The position numbers were made by a program, and so were the translations under genes. The notes under the pieces are model-generated. The model made no database searches. It was not told where the DNA came from and saw only the letters and a list, made by a program, of their open reading frames with translations. Shown one piece after another: positions 39,508 to 53,557 of a stretch of 64,000 nt of DNA; the first letter of the stretch is position 1, and each line of letters starts with the position of its first letter. This DNA comes from Phaeosaccion multiseriatum (Eukaryota > Protista > Ochrophyta, other classes): assembly GCA_965112735.1 (NCBI GenBank), contig OZ218953.1:4402001-4466000 (forward strand). The letters run 5' to 3'.

Positions 39508-42250
39508 ATGCCCACCCTTCTCCGCAATGAGCACTTCCACTTCAGACCCACCGAAAAATACAGCGTTCTTTGCGTCTCTGGTGAAGGATTTGTCGTGCCA
39601 GCAGCAGGAGGCGCGGACAACAGGACAAAAGGGGAAGCCGTAAATCGCAGCAAGAGTGGTAGTCCACGGCGTACGGTGTGTTTGGACGTGGTGTGCGAGT
39701 ACTGTAGTGCACTGGCGCATGAAGCCTTCAGGAAGCGGCGGGGCAGATGGAGAATAGTCAAGTCGAGGTGAGTTGGGGGAGGATCGGAAAAGGAGGGGAC
39801 ACAGATTCACAGAGGGTTGTATCGTCGTTCGCGGACCATGCTCTTCTTTGCCCAGCTCATCAAAGTCGTCTCTTTCCTGGGCCTTTCTTTTCCTGGGGAA
39901 CGTGACGTCGTGGCTGCTCCCTTCGCACCAGTGGGGAGGCGGATTTACACTGGGGTGACTACGAGTGCCTGGCCTGGGATCGCATTGTGGAGGGAGGGCT
40001 ACGGGCTAATAGCTACTGCATACGCAAGGGCCTCAGCCGGAAGGCTCAGCTCAGCATGTATGTCCGAAAACACTTGGCCAAAGGAAGGTTGCGCATTAGC
40101 GGGGACCAAAAGGGCAGCGAGATCAGTTCCGGCAAGGGTACTACTGCTCCTCCTTCCTCCAGCGACCTCTTGGCTGCCGCTATGGTGCGTGTTGATGCAA
40201 TGCTTGACGCTTATCCCCCCCCCCAACACGCTAACCATCCCCTCCATTTGTTTTTTCTGCTCCTTCCGAGCTTGCTTTGCGAAGCGTACAGTCCCCTTCC
40301 TTTAAGCTCACTGAGTGCTTTCAACCCCTTGGCTGACTAGCAAGTACCTTCCCCCTGATCCCTGACCCCGTCTTCTCCATCCCTCTCCTCATAGCCCAAG
40401 ACCCTAGTGATTGATACATGGGAGGCATTCGATGACAACATCACGTTCAACATGGGTGGGGATGTGGCTTCATTTGGCGATGACTTTGGAGTGACTCAGG
40501 CCTTTAGCGAGAAGGACAGACTGGACTGGTGCCTAGAGGAGACTAAGGAGGCAATGGCGGGCGCGCAAGGTGAGGGAGGCGAAGGAGCGAGTGGGCGGGA
40601 GGTGGTGAGAGGCAGGGGCCAGGAGATGGGTCATCCCTATGGTATCTGCTTCCTTCCTTCCTTCCTTCCTTCCCTCCTTCTTTCCGTCCTTCCTTCCTTC
40701 CTTCTGACCGTCCACCCCCCCCCCCCCCCGCGCCGCCCCGCCCCGCCCCGACCACTTTGCCTCGTGCTTTTCTTTTGACTCGTCCCTCCCTTAAGGTCCT
40801 TGGATCCTCAAGCCCTCCACGCTGAACAAGGGAGTGGGGGTGTCCGTTGTGGACACCTTCGAGAAGCTGCGGGGCATCGTGCACGAGAATCCCGACATCA
40901 GGGAGTGGGTGAGTGTGCATCGGTCGATCGTGACACGCACGCGTACATCCTATGGCCCATTTCGTCTCACTGCCTCCTGCTGGCCAATCAAGTCATTTAC
41001 ATAGTCCCTTGCTTGGCCCTCACTCCTTCCCCTCCGCTTGATATAGAAGTGATTTCATTCGCTGATTGATGTTTGGTTGATCCCTCCCTCCCTTCCCCCC
41101 TCCCTCCCCCCCTTCCCTCTCTGTATCACCAACAGGTGCTGCAAGACTACATCACCAACCCACTGCTGCTGCGGGGGCGAAAGTTCCATCTGCGCGCCTA
41201 CGTGCTGGCCGTGGGCTGCCTTCGCGTATTGTTCTTCGACAAGGTGCTTCTCCTGTCTGCAGCAAGGCCCTACACGGAGGGGGATTGGACCGATGCCTTT
41301 GCCCACCTCACCAACACGGCCAGACAGGCGGAGGGAGACGGTTTCAAGGAAGAGGAGTGGTAAGCTGTGCTGAGCTGTAGGCGGCGCTATAGAGTGATGA
41401 ACAAGCCTTGTTGCTACACACATTCCTTCCTCCGTCACTTGTTGCTCTTGCTCTTCTCTTCTTACCTCTTACTCTTACTCTTACGCTTACCCTTCCTGTC
41501 TCCGCCCCTCCTTGGCAGTGTGGGTATGCTCCAAGACCTTATCCCCGACCTTCAGCAGCACAGAGGCTGGAGCCTTGACCAAGCAGCTCAGGCAGTCGCA
41601 GGCGTGTCCCTCGCCATGCGCTCTATCACGGCTGAGCTGTTCAGGGCCTTCAGGGGCGAGTTTGCCGTCTTCTCGCCCCTGCCACACTGCTTTGAGCTCT
41701 TTGGCCTGGACTTTATGGTAAGGAAGGAAGGCCATGTCGGCCCATATGCCTCTCCTTCCCCGCCCCTTGCCCCTCCCTTCTTGCTGTTATGCCTCTCCCT
41801 GCCCATACATACACTACTCTGGCCACCACCGCACTGCTTTGAGATATTTGGCCTGGACTCTATCCTAAGCCCCTCTCCGCCCTCCCTCATATCCCTCCCT
41901 CCTCCCTTCCCATATGCCTCTCACTGCCTGCCCATACGCCCGTGATCCCCCCCCCCCAGGTGGGACAAGACGATTTTCAAGTTTATTTGCTTGAAGTTAA
42001 CCCGGGCCCAGACATGAAGCAGACAGGAGACAGACTCAAGGGGGTCATCGAGCAGCTCACGGAGGACACTGTCACGGTGTGCTGCGATCGGCACTACAAC
42101 GACGATGAGGAGGGAGGGGGAGGGGGAGGGGGGGAGGGAGGGGCGGAGGGGGGGAGAGAGCGGCCGAGCCTGACGGGTACCGGCTTTGTGGAGGTGCTGA
42201 ACGAGCAGTGGATGGGGGGCAGCGGCGACGTTCGGATGAAAATGATTTGA
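39508..42250 (+). CDS. Tubulin-tyrosine-ligase family (Pby1/TTL-like ATP-grasp) protein, 7 exons
   Basis: Motifs LHWGDYE, ANSYCIRKGLSRKAQL, WILKPSTLNKGVGV, VLQDYITNPLLLRGRKFHLRAYVL, AHLTNT, FELFGLDFM and LLEVNPGPD. Confidence 0.85.
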
Positions 42251-42527
42251 CGAAGAGCAGAGAAAGGGTAGCAAGGCAAACAGTGTATCTATCGCGAAGA
42301 AGGGGTTAGGAGAAAATGATACCCTATCGTAGTGTAATCTACACACACGCGCGCGCATCTCACATCCATTTATTTACATGTTCCCAAAAGAGCTTCCGCT
42401 GCTTGGGCGAGGTGGGGTGTGGGTATCCGAAAGGGCAGGACGCCTCTGTCTCTCTCCCTATCAGTCCTCCTCCCCCTCTTGCCCGCCCCTGCCGGACCCT
42501 CTCCCTCTCTCCTCTCCCTCCTCCTCT

Positions 42528-42720
42528 TCAGTCCTCCTCCTCCTCCTCGTCCCCTGCCCCCGTGCCCCCCATCTTATACTCCGGCTTGAGCTCCCAGTGG
42601 TTCTTGAACTGCCCCTTCCTCGCCATCACCGCCACCTCTCTTAAGACGTCTTTGAGGTGCTGATCGGGCTGGTTCAGCACTCTGTTGAGGTCACGATAGA
42701 GGTACCGGTCTTGTCTGCAA

Positions 42721-42756
<36 letters not shown>

Positions 42757-44091
42757 GGCAGGACAGAGAGAGAGAGCAGGCAGACAGGCACGTTCAGTTT
42801 CTTGACATCGACCGATATCAATACAGGAAAGAGGGGTCAATCCACCATACATGTTGGGTTGTATGTCATGCATGTGCTGCTTCCTCGCTTCCTCACCCAC
42901 TATTCCACCATCGCACCTGCTGAAGAGGTTGAAGAGCATGGAGCGAAGCGTATCCACATCCATCCTCTCCCTCTTGGCCCCGCTCCCGTCCGTCGGCAAG
43001 CCCGCGGCCGCAGCAGCCGCAGCAGCAGCCTGATTGGCGGTGATGGCGCGGTTGAAGGCATTGTCCTCACCCCCTTGTCCCCCCGGTCCGCTCGTTGCCC
43101 GATAGACGTCCTGCACCAGACCCTCCCTCTTCTCTTTCTCTCTTCTCTCCTTCCCTTCCTGCTTCTTGACTTCGTCCATCTGTTTCTTTTGCTTTGCAAT
43201 CTCCTGCTTCGTGATAGGCTTTACGACACTGGGCAGGCATACATGTACAGGTAGGTACAAAGACAAAGTGACGCAGACACGGTGGGTGGGGTATACTTTG
43301 GAAGGGGAAAGAGCAGCAGGCCACTCACTATCCAGTCAGCAGTCAGAGGCAAGCACGCAAGCAAGCAAGCTACACAAAGGCACTCAGATGGACTCACTTT
43401 TGCTTTATTGTGGCCCCGACTAGCCTCTCCCTCATGAGCCCTTTGTACTGCCGATTCTGCTGCGGCTGGAGGTTGTACGAGCGAGTGACTCTTGCTTTGA
43501 TGGACCCGCCCCCGCCCCCGGTGGGAGAGAAAGTCAAGGCATCTTCGACGTCACCTTGCGCGGCAAGCTTGAATTGAGTGGGAACCTTGGTCTGTTGCGT
43601 ATAGAGTGAAGGGGGGGTGGAAAATAGATGAGCAAGGCAAGTGAGGAATCGTTTGAAAAGACTTCATCGCCACTCGGATTGACTCACCTTTCTCCCTCCT
43701 TGTACTGTCGTAGTGGCTGCATGGAGCTTGACTTCAAGGCAGTCTCTACCGTGCGCATCCTTTCCCGCTACCAGCTTGCCGACTTCCACGCTCTCCTCCG
43801 CTTTCTCCCACGCGCTGTACACCGCAGCGGGGACCTGAGCGCGGACGCAGAGCGTGACAAGCACGATAGCCCGAGGTTAAGCGGAGCGTGGACAGGAATC
43901 ATTAATCTAGGCCACGCTATCCCTCTATCCCTCCGACAAAGAGGAGTAGCTCCCTTGTCAAGGTGTGCCTTCACCACCCTGCTGCTCACCTTCACCAGCC
44001 ATACTTGCTTGTCCTCACCCCTCAAATCTAGTAAGTTCTTCCGACTCTTCTTCGCCTCCCTTTCATCGCCTTCATAGCCCCGCCCTGCCAT
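42528..44091 (-). CDS. GTF2F2: General transcription factor IIF beta subunit (RAP30), 5 exons
   Basis: N-terminal LDL..DKQVWLVK|VP..W..VGKL. The C-terminal winged helix reads KRERMDVDTLRSMLFNLF..NQPDQHLKDVLREVA..KGQFKNHWELKPEYK. Confidence 0.9.
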
Positions 44092-44226
44092 ATCCTTTGT
44101 CTTCACTCGGGGTCGAATGGACGTAATAAGTCAATGCATACCGCCGGTGGCTGGAGAACCAACACATCGTTTTGTTTTTTTTTCCTTTCCTTTCATTCGT
44201 AACGCTTCATTCTCCAAGGGAGCACC

Positions 44227-47200
44227 ATGGGGGTGCTTTGGGTGCTCCTCAACCTGGCCTGGCTCGTTGCTTGTGCTCGAGCAAGTCTTGTCCATACCAA
44301 TGGAGAAAGCACGTGCGGCAGTGTGAATAATGCACTGAAGTGCTGGGGTGGGTAAGTATCCTCGCCTTTCTCCTTTTCTCCCCTGTGCTCTTCATTCCTT
44401 CTCTTTGTCCTTGCATACATCCAGAATTAGTGGCGGGCAGCTCGGCACCGGTTCCATACCACCTGGCTATGTCGGAGATGATCCTGGGGAAATGGGGAAC
44501 TCCTTGAACGTGACGGACATTGGCACGCAGAGAAACGTGACGGCGCTGGGCGGTCCTACGGGGAGCAACTGTGCCGTACGAACTGATGGCTCTCTCGTTT
44601 GCTGGGGTCTCAATAACGTTGGGCAGCTTGGATATGTAAGTACAAGTACGGCTAGATTGGTTAGCTCCTTCCCCATAAAGAATCTCATCATCTCCCCAAC
44701 CCCCGGCTCCCAGGACGACTCCGCGGACCGGGGCTTTTTCTCCACTGACATGGGCGACAACCTGACCCCTATTAACCTCGGCGCCAATGCCTCAGACGTG
44801 TGCGGAGGGGAGGATTACACATGTGCCCTACTCACCACAGGGGAGGTGAAATGTTGGGGCGCGAACGACAAGGGACAGTTGGGTCAGGCGAACACGAATT
44901 CCATCGGAGCTGCCTCGGGAGATATGGCGTCTCTGAGTGCTGTTGATTTGGGAACTGGCGTGGAGGCCACTTCCCTTTCTTGTGGACTTGAGCACGTCTG
45001 CGTGGTCACCGACATCACTGACGAAGTGAAGTGCTGGGGCTCAAATGACAGTGGAAAGCTAGCCCTCGACAAAAACAGTTTTGTCTCTTGGGGAAATTTG
45101 GGCAATTCAATGGGCGACAATTTGCCAAACGTCTATTCCACGGTCGACTTCAAGGCCGTCGCTGCAGGAGGAATGCACACGTGTGCGGTGAGTGCTGCCA
45201 ATCAGAGGGCAGGTGATCCATGTGTGGGTGTGCGTGTGTGTGGGTGGGTGGCGTGCGTTCCTTCGTGCTCCACCGCTTGTCTTCCACCCAGCCAGTTGTG
45301 AACGTTCGCCCTTGCGCTGCAACAGAGGACAGACCCTCACCACCGCCTCTGGACCGACCCTCACATCCCATACTGTTCCTCTCCTCTCTTTGGCCTTCTT
45401 GTGATTACTCTGCTGTCGCTGGTGCTTGCTGTCGATCTCTACTGCGATTCTTACACCAAAACGAAGATTCGCGTAACGAACGACGTGGTGTGCTGGGGCC
45501 TGAATGATAAAGGTGAGAGGATCGGTATCGACAGGGATCGAGGTGTCCGTACACTGGAACTGAAACTGGGACGGGCTGGGAGGCACGGCCGCTCTCTTGT
45601 GTCGGGGAGGTAGGGAGGGCAAGGGAGGGGCACCCTTCGAACAGGGAGGTGTGAGTATTGCCTTTTCTTCTCTTGCGCTCGCGTATGCTATATTCGTGTG
45701 CTCACTCTCTGCGCGCCATCCATCTCCGACTCGCCGCCCGGCCTTCTTCATTCTCGCTTCTCTCTCTCTCTCTCGGACCATGCGCACAGGCCAGGTAAGA
45801 AGAAAGTCAATGCATACTCTCTACGGTCATGTCTACAGCCATTCTTGTGCTCATCACGCCCAAGCAACACAACTCGGTCAATCACCCTGCCCACCCCGAC
45901 TGCTCGACCCGTGCCGTTTCTCCCCTCCTCAGCTCGGTATCGGAAGCACGGAAAACGTGGACAACACCGTCGATTTTAACAACATGGTACGGCAAGCAGC
46001 ACCAAACCCACGTCTGTGTGTGTGCGCGCGGGTGTGTGTGCTGTGTTCCACGTATGTGCGTGTGTGCGATTTTGTGTTTGCGTGTCCTCCCGTAACGAAA
46101 CTGTGGCGAAAGGCGTTGCTTCACGTCCGTCTTCAGTCGCGCTTTAGACTGATTTGATTGACTTTCACGACCATTCTTTGCGGCCGAGGGAGACCTTCTC
46201 ACTCTCTCCCTTCTCCTTCGTTGTGTCTATCTCTTTGTCGTCTCTCTCTCTCTGTCTCTCCTGCTCTCCCCCCCATCAATGGGCGTTTCTCTCTCTATCT
46301 CTCTCTCTTCCTCTCTCTTTCTCTCATTCTCTCTCCCTCCGTCTCTCTTTCTCTCTCATCCCATAGGGGCCCGTGGACCTGGGCTATAATAGAACCGCTT
46401 TAGCGTTGGCCACGAGTTATAGCGCGTCGTGCGCGATACTCGACGGAGGTCAGAAGCAAAACAAGCCCTCAGCTTGTATAGAACAAGGCAACAGAAGCAG
46501 AGAATGTGTCAGTTGCTGTGTACAGATCATGCTCGGAAACACAATCGAACGTCGGCAGAAACCTGGCTAGCGGGGGTGGGCACGGCAAGAGCCTCTGCTC
46601 GAAGCGGTTGCTGCTATATCAGTGCTACTGCTGCTGCTGTATCACCAAGTGCTGCTGTCTCCACCCGTGTTGTCTAGTTTTGCCGGTGGACTGCGGATCG
46701 CCGCTTTTCCCTACTCTTTGTAGGTGTGATCTTCCACCCATCTTCCCTCTCACTCTACTTGTGCTCCTCTCTCCCTTGCGCAGGTGAAGTCAAGTGTTGG
46801 GGAGAGGGTGCGTGGGGAGGTGAGTTCCCTATTGGCGTGACTTCTCCCTCCCTCCCTCCCTCCCTCCCTCCCTCCCTCCCTCTCTCTCTCTCTCCCTCCC
46901 TCCCTCCTCTTTCCTTCCTTCTTCCCTCCCTCCCTCCCTCCCTCCCTCCCTCCCTCCCTCCCTCCCTCCCTCCCTCCCTCCCTCCCTCCCTCCCTCCCTC
47001 CCTCCCTCCCTCCCTCCCTCCCTCCCTCCCTCCCTCCCTCCCTCCCTTCCTCCCTCCCTCCCTCCCTCTCTCCCCTCCTCCCTCCCTCCCTCCCTCCCTC
47101 CCTCCCTCCCTATCTCCCTCTCTCCCTCCCTCCCTCCTCTTTCCTTCCTTCTTCCCTCCCTCCCTCCTTCCTTCCCTTGCTCCCTTCCTCCCTCCCGCCC

Positions 47201-50200
47201 CTCCTCCCTCCCTCCCTCCCTCCCTCCCTCCCTCCCTCCTCTTTCCTTCCTTCTTCCCTCCCTCCCTCCCTCCCTCCCTTCCTCCCTCCCGCCCTCCCTC
47301 CCTCCCGCCCTCCCTCCCTCCCTCCCTCCCTCCCTCCCTCCCTCCCTCCCTCCTCTTTCCTTCCTTCTTCCCTCCCTCCCTCCCTCCCTTCTTCCCTCCC
47401 TCCCTCCCTCCCTTCCTTCCTTCCTTCCTTCCTCCCTCCCTTCCTCCCTCCCTTCCTCCCTCCCTCCCTCCCTCCCTCCCTCCCTCCTCTTTCCTTCCTT
47501 CTTCCCTCCCTCCCTCCCTCCCTCCCTCCCTCCCTCCCTCCCTCCCTCCCTCCCTCCCTCCCTTCCTCCCTCCCTCCCTCCCTCCCTCCCTCCCTCCCTC
47601 CCTCCTCTTTCCTTCCTTCTTCCCTCTCTCCCTTCCTCCCTCCCTCCCCCTCCCTCCCTCTGTATCACCAACTCTCTGCGTGGATCAATCGCCCTCGCTG
47701 CCCTACTTACCTACTCCCCTCCCGTCCGCGCCTTGCACGAGCAGAGCTTGCCCAGGGGGATGACGACAACATCGGCACGACCTCCGGTGACATGGGAGAC
47801 AACTTAAGTCCAATCCAATTTGATGTCGTCTCTTCCATTGCCGTGTCAATTTCTGGTAAAGACCATGTCTTTTGCGCGGTAAGAAGCGGTTTCTGCCTTG
47901 CAAGTTCGACTCACACCCCTCACCTCCCGTGCGATCCCCGTCGGCAGGCCCCTCTCAAGCTACCTCACTCACTCACTCACTCACTCACTCACTCACTCAC
48001 TCACTCACTCACTCACTCACTCACTCACTCACTCACTCACGCACTCACTCACCCGTTCACTCACTCACTCACTCACGCACTCACTCACCCGTTCACTCAC
48101 TTACTCACTCCCTTACTCATTCACTCACTTCACTCACTCACTCACTCACTCACTCACTCACTCACTCACTCACTCACTCACTCACTTACTTACTCACTCA
48201 CGGACCCACCCAGACATCCACCCACCCACTCACCTACACATCCCCTCACTCGCTCTCTCACTCACTCACTCACTCACTCACTCACTCACTCACTCACTCA
48301 CTCACTCACTCACTCACTCACTCACTCACTCACACACTCACTCACTCACTCACTCACTCACTCACTTTCTTCCTCACTCACTCACGTCACTTACACGTCC
48401 GTTTCTGCTTTGTTTCTCGTACCTCTCTCTCTGTCTCTCTCGTCAGTCGTTCGACAATGACGCTATAGCATGCTGGGGTAACAACAACATGTACGTGCAC
48501 GTGGAGGCGGAATCAAGCACCAGGGACTACTCCGGTGGATTGACGGAGGGTATGCCCTTCTTCGACTCACTCACTCACTCACTCACTCACTCACTCACTC
48601 ACTTACTCACTCACTCACTCACTCACTCACTCACTCACTCACTCACTCACTCACTCACGCACGCACTCACTCACTCATTCACCCCCCTCCCACCTTCTCT
48701 CCCTCTCTCCCCTATTACCCTCCACAGGGGGCAGATCGGTCTCGAAGTCGGCACTTCGGAAATTGGTGTGACAGCCGAAACAGTTCCCTTGGCGGATGTC
48801 GTCTTTGGGGGGGCGGAGAGCACTCCAGCCCCAACAGCAGCTCCAACAGCAGCTCCAACGTTAGCCCCAACAGCAGCCCCAACATTAGCCCCAACAGCAG
48901 CCCCAACAGTAGCTCCAACAGTAGCTCCAACAGCAGGCCCAACAGCAGCTCCAACAGTAGCTCCAACAGCAGCTCCAACACTAGCCCCAACAGTAGCTCC
49001 AACAGCAGCCCCAACAGTAGCTCCAACAGCAGGCCCAACAGCAGCTCCAACAGCAGGCCCAACAGCAGCTCCAACAGTAGCTCCAACAGCAGCCCCAACA
49101 GTAGCTCCAACAGCAGGCCCAACAGCATCTCCGACACCGGCGCCCCTGGCCCCGACCCCCCTGCCCAGCGCCGAGGAGTCGAAGACACAGTTTCGACAGC
49201 AGCTTTGGACCCAGCTTGTTCTAAACACCACCACTACACGTAGTACCGTTGAGTCGGGAACGAGAAGGCTCACGGAAGGTAGGGTAAGGTAGGGTGGTGT
49301 GGCGATAGCATGCAGCAAGCGTATTACAGGGGACAGGCTTGGGCTTGACGATTCAAAACCTGTCCTCTCCTCTCCTCTCCCCTCCTCTCCTCTCCCCTCC
49401 TCTCCTCTCCTCTCCTCTCCTCTCCTCTCCTGTACCATCGTGTCCTGCCCTGTCGCTGTCTCACTGACTGTACTCCTCTTCCCGCTCCTTGTTGCTACTG
49501 TGCTGCTCAGGACTGGCTGACGACGCTTCAGTCCAGGAGCAGCTCCTCTACAATGGGACCCTCTTCGTCCTCGAGGCCTCGCTGCCCGTCTTTGAGGACA
49601 TCGAGCCCCCTACCATCAAGCTGCCCTACTTCTCCGCAGAGCCCTCCTCAACTCAGTCCACTCAGTCCACTCAGTCCACTCAGTCCACTCACTCCCCTCA
49701 TTCCTACTACTACTACACATCCTACTACTACACAACCACCTCTGCCAGCACCAACACCACCACCACCACCACCACCACCACCAACAGCAGCACCACCTAC
49801 CTGCTCAACTACACGGCCGAGGTGACGTACAACACTGCAGATCTTCTCTCAGAAACCTCCGTGAGCGGCAGCACCAGCGCCATAGCCGAGTCCATCCTGC
49901 AAGGCCTGTCCAACACCTCAGCCTTTCGACAAGGCTTCACATCCTGGCTGCTGGATGCGGATACGTCATCCGCCGATGTGCAGGTCCAAGGCGTCGTGAT
50001 GGACCTTCCCACCGTGCTCACGTCCACCGACTTGTATACCTACTTCAACGCAACCCCGGCTCCTACCCCGGCCCCTACCCCGGCCCCGCCCCCCAAACAG
50101 GTGGTGGAGGAGGCCTTGGGCACCACAGTGGCAGTAGCAGCGAGTGTTGCCGCCGGAGGGGCGGCGGCGGTGGCTACAGCCTCGGCGTCTGCGGCCTCTG

Positions 50201-50964
50201 CCACAGCAAGTGCGGCTTCCGCTTCGGCTTCCGCTTCGGCTTCGGCTTCGGCTTCCGCTTCCGCTTCCGCTTCCGCTTCCTCAAGGTTTGTTCCTTGGTT
50301 GTTCTTCGTTTCTTCTTCGTCTGTTCTTCTTTGGAATATCCAACATTTATACTTGATCATTCTACGCCAGAACCATGTTCTGTGCTGGGCGATGGCAGTA
50401 CCCATCATTCTACTCCCCTTCTCCCTTCCCGGTGTACATGTGTGCGTATGTGTACAGCGCTGCGGCAGGCACCAACTCGGCCGCCGTAGGGGGCGGGGGA
50501 GGGGGCGGGGGCGCGGGCGGAGGGGGGTTGAACTCCACCGGAGGAGCGGATGCAGGCAAAGGAATGGCGGATCCCGGCAAGAGCGCGAATGCCGCAGGCG
50601 GGGAGCAGCAAGGGGGTACTGCGACGAATGTGGGAGACGGTAGCAGTCGGTCCGGTTCTTCCTCCACGTCTTGGCTCATGCTCGGACAGGTAATACGACG
50701 TAAGGCCTGTTGTATTGGAATCAAGGCGGTGGTGAGGCGCACACAGGGGAAGGAGGGAGGGGGCGAGCGAAGGGGCGTGTTGGGATGGCACCTTGTGGCC
50801 CGAGCGCCTCTCCGCTCACACTCGAGGGCAGGCCTTTCCTTCCTGACTGATAAAACTCCTCTTACTTGCTTGCGCGCTTTTGCGTGCTCCCTCCCTTCCC
50901 TTTCGTCCCTTTGCTGCCCTGCTCTCTCTCCGGCCCGCCTTGCCACGCGTCATCATCCTTCTTC

Positions 50965-51017
<53 letters not shown>

Positions 51018-53356
51018 GATTAAGATGATGTCGCTGCTGGGCAAGATAGCAGATGTGAGCAGTCATCAGCTTTGCTTTGCTAGCTCCCTCTCCACCTCTC
51101 TGTGTCGACATTTTCTCCTCATTGCGACAGACAAGCAGAGTGGGGGCTGGGATTCATTCACTCATTCCTCACGCTTCTTGCTTGTTCTACTCCTCCTCCG
51201 TCCCGACCCCGCAGCCGACAATCTTGCCGGGCTTTGGCGCCCTCGCAGCAAGTTTCGACAAGTTCAACTTGTGGGGGATTGTGCCCGTCCCAACCGTGTG
51301 CACGTGAGTACTTCCCTCAACCGTAGTAAGGATGACTCTTCGTAAGGTTTGCTCTTCCCTGAAGGCGCGATCGCTTGACACTCATGCTTGACACTCTGCT
51401 TAATACTCGCAGTACTCATTTCCCTCTCACCCCCCTTCCAAGCCCAAGTCGCCCGAGAGTGTGGGAGGTGGGAGGCACCCCACGTCCCTCCTCTCCTCCT
51501 TTAGCTTGCCTCCTCCCCTCTATGTCCCCCTCCTCCCCCTCCCCTCCGACTCCTCCCGCTCCCCTCTCGTGGGACCAGCGAAGCACAGGTTGCACAGATC
51601 ACACACGCTAGACACGCTCCTCTGCAGCCTATAGGTCATCCGCCTGCTTCGCTGCAGACGACATTCCTCTACACTCAAACTCGACTCCCCCGCCACTAAA
51701 ACAAAAAGACAATGTGATTGTGACGTGCTCACCGATCCGTTCTTTGCGCCTTCCCACCACCTAAGAGGGGCTTATCCCTCTCTGGATCTTGACTGTCTTC
51801 CCTTAGCCCTGCCCAGGCCGTGACTCTCCCCGTCCTTGCGCATGTCTCTCTTCTCTTCTCTTCTCTTCTCTTCTCTTCTCTGTGCAGTAACTTGGGCGAG
51901 GATGGTCAAGACAGCGTTAACCTCTTCATCGGAAACTTCATTATGGTAAGTACCCATACATGGTGCGGGTTACGTGTTCTCACCCACTCACTCACTCATT
52001 CACTCACTCACTCACTCACTCACTCACTCACTCACTCACTCACTCACTCACTCACTCACTCACTCACTCACTCACGCACTTACTCACTCACTCACTCACT
52101 CGCTCACTCACTCACTCACTCACTCACTGACTCACTCACTCACTCACTCACTCCATCTCTCACTCACTCACTCACTCACTCACTCAATCACTCACTCAAT
52201 CACCACACACTCTCTCTCACTCACTCACTCACTCACTCACTCACTCACTCACTCACTCACTCACTCACTCACTCACTCACTCACTCACTCACTCACTCAC
52301 ACTCTCTCTCTCACTCGCTCTCACTCACTCTGCCTCCTCAAGGTCTTTGGACTCCTCGTGCTGCTCATCGCTGTCCACTTGCTCTGGATCTCACACCGAG
52401 AGGCAGTGACACTCGGGGTCGAGCGTACAAAGCAAAAGCAAAAGAGTGATGAGCAAGCCATGCGTACACGAGCTATCCAAGGGCAGGGACGAGGCAAAGG
52501 GAGACACATGGTAAGGGAGTGAGTGAGTGAATAAGTGAGTGAGTGCGTGCGTGCGTGCGTGCGTGCGTGAGTGACTGCGTGTCTGTGAGTGCGTGCGTGT
52601 GAGTGCGTGCGTGCCTACGGTCATTTCATAGTCTGAGTGAGACTCAAAACACGACCCCCCTGCCTGCTCGATGTCCATCCACTCTCTTACTGAATCAACC
52701 CCCAGCCCCTTCTCCCAGTGCTAACATCAGCCATCTTCTGTACCCACACCCCTCTTGCATATCCTCAGGAGGAAGACGATACTGACTGGGCAAGTGAGGA
52801 CGCAGCCCAGACAGAGGTCACAACAGCGCAAGTCCTCAGACTCATGCGGAATGACCCTTTTTACGTACTCTACATACCGGTGAGTGCCGCGCGTACGCGC
52901 ACACACGCACGTAGAGCCGGGTGTCGCGACTTCGTTCACTCATTGACTCTCGTCACTCCCTCTATGTCTCTCTCTCTGTCTCTCTCTCTCTGTCTCTCTC
53001 TCTGTCTCTCTGTCTCTCTCTGTCTCTGTCTCTGTCTCTTCGGCTAGCCGACTCTCTCTGTCTCTCTCTCTGTCTCTCTCTGTCTCTCTGTCTCTCTCTC
53101 TGTCTCTCTCTCTGTCTCTCTCTGTGTCTCTCTCTCTGTCTCTCTCTGTCTCTCTCTGTGTCTCTCTCTGTCTCTCTCTGTCTCTCTCTGTCTCTCTCTG
53201 TCTCTCTCTCTGTCTCTCTCTCTGTCTCTCTCTCTGTCTCTCTCTGTGTCTCTCTCTCTGTCTCTCTCTCTCTCTCTGTCTCTCTCTGTCTCTCTCTGTC
53301 TCTCTCTCTCTCTCTGTGTCTCTCTGTCTCTCTCTGTCTGTCTCTCTCTGTCTCTC

Positions 53357-53405
<49 letters not shown>

Positions 53406-53518
53406 GTCTCTCTCTGTCTCTCTCTGTCTCTCTCTGTGTCTCTCTCTGTCTCTCTCTGTCTCTCTCTGTGTCTCTCTCTGTCTCTCTCTGTCTCTCTCTG
53501 TCTCTCTCTGTGTCTCTC

Positions 53519-53557
<39 letters not shown>

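Noticed and set aside
46726-48468. Long ORFs encoding PPSL, GGRE or THSL repeats
   Set aside because: They are stop-free translations of intronic (CCCT)n and (TCAC)n microsatellites. The real exons are short and GT-AG bounded.
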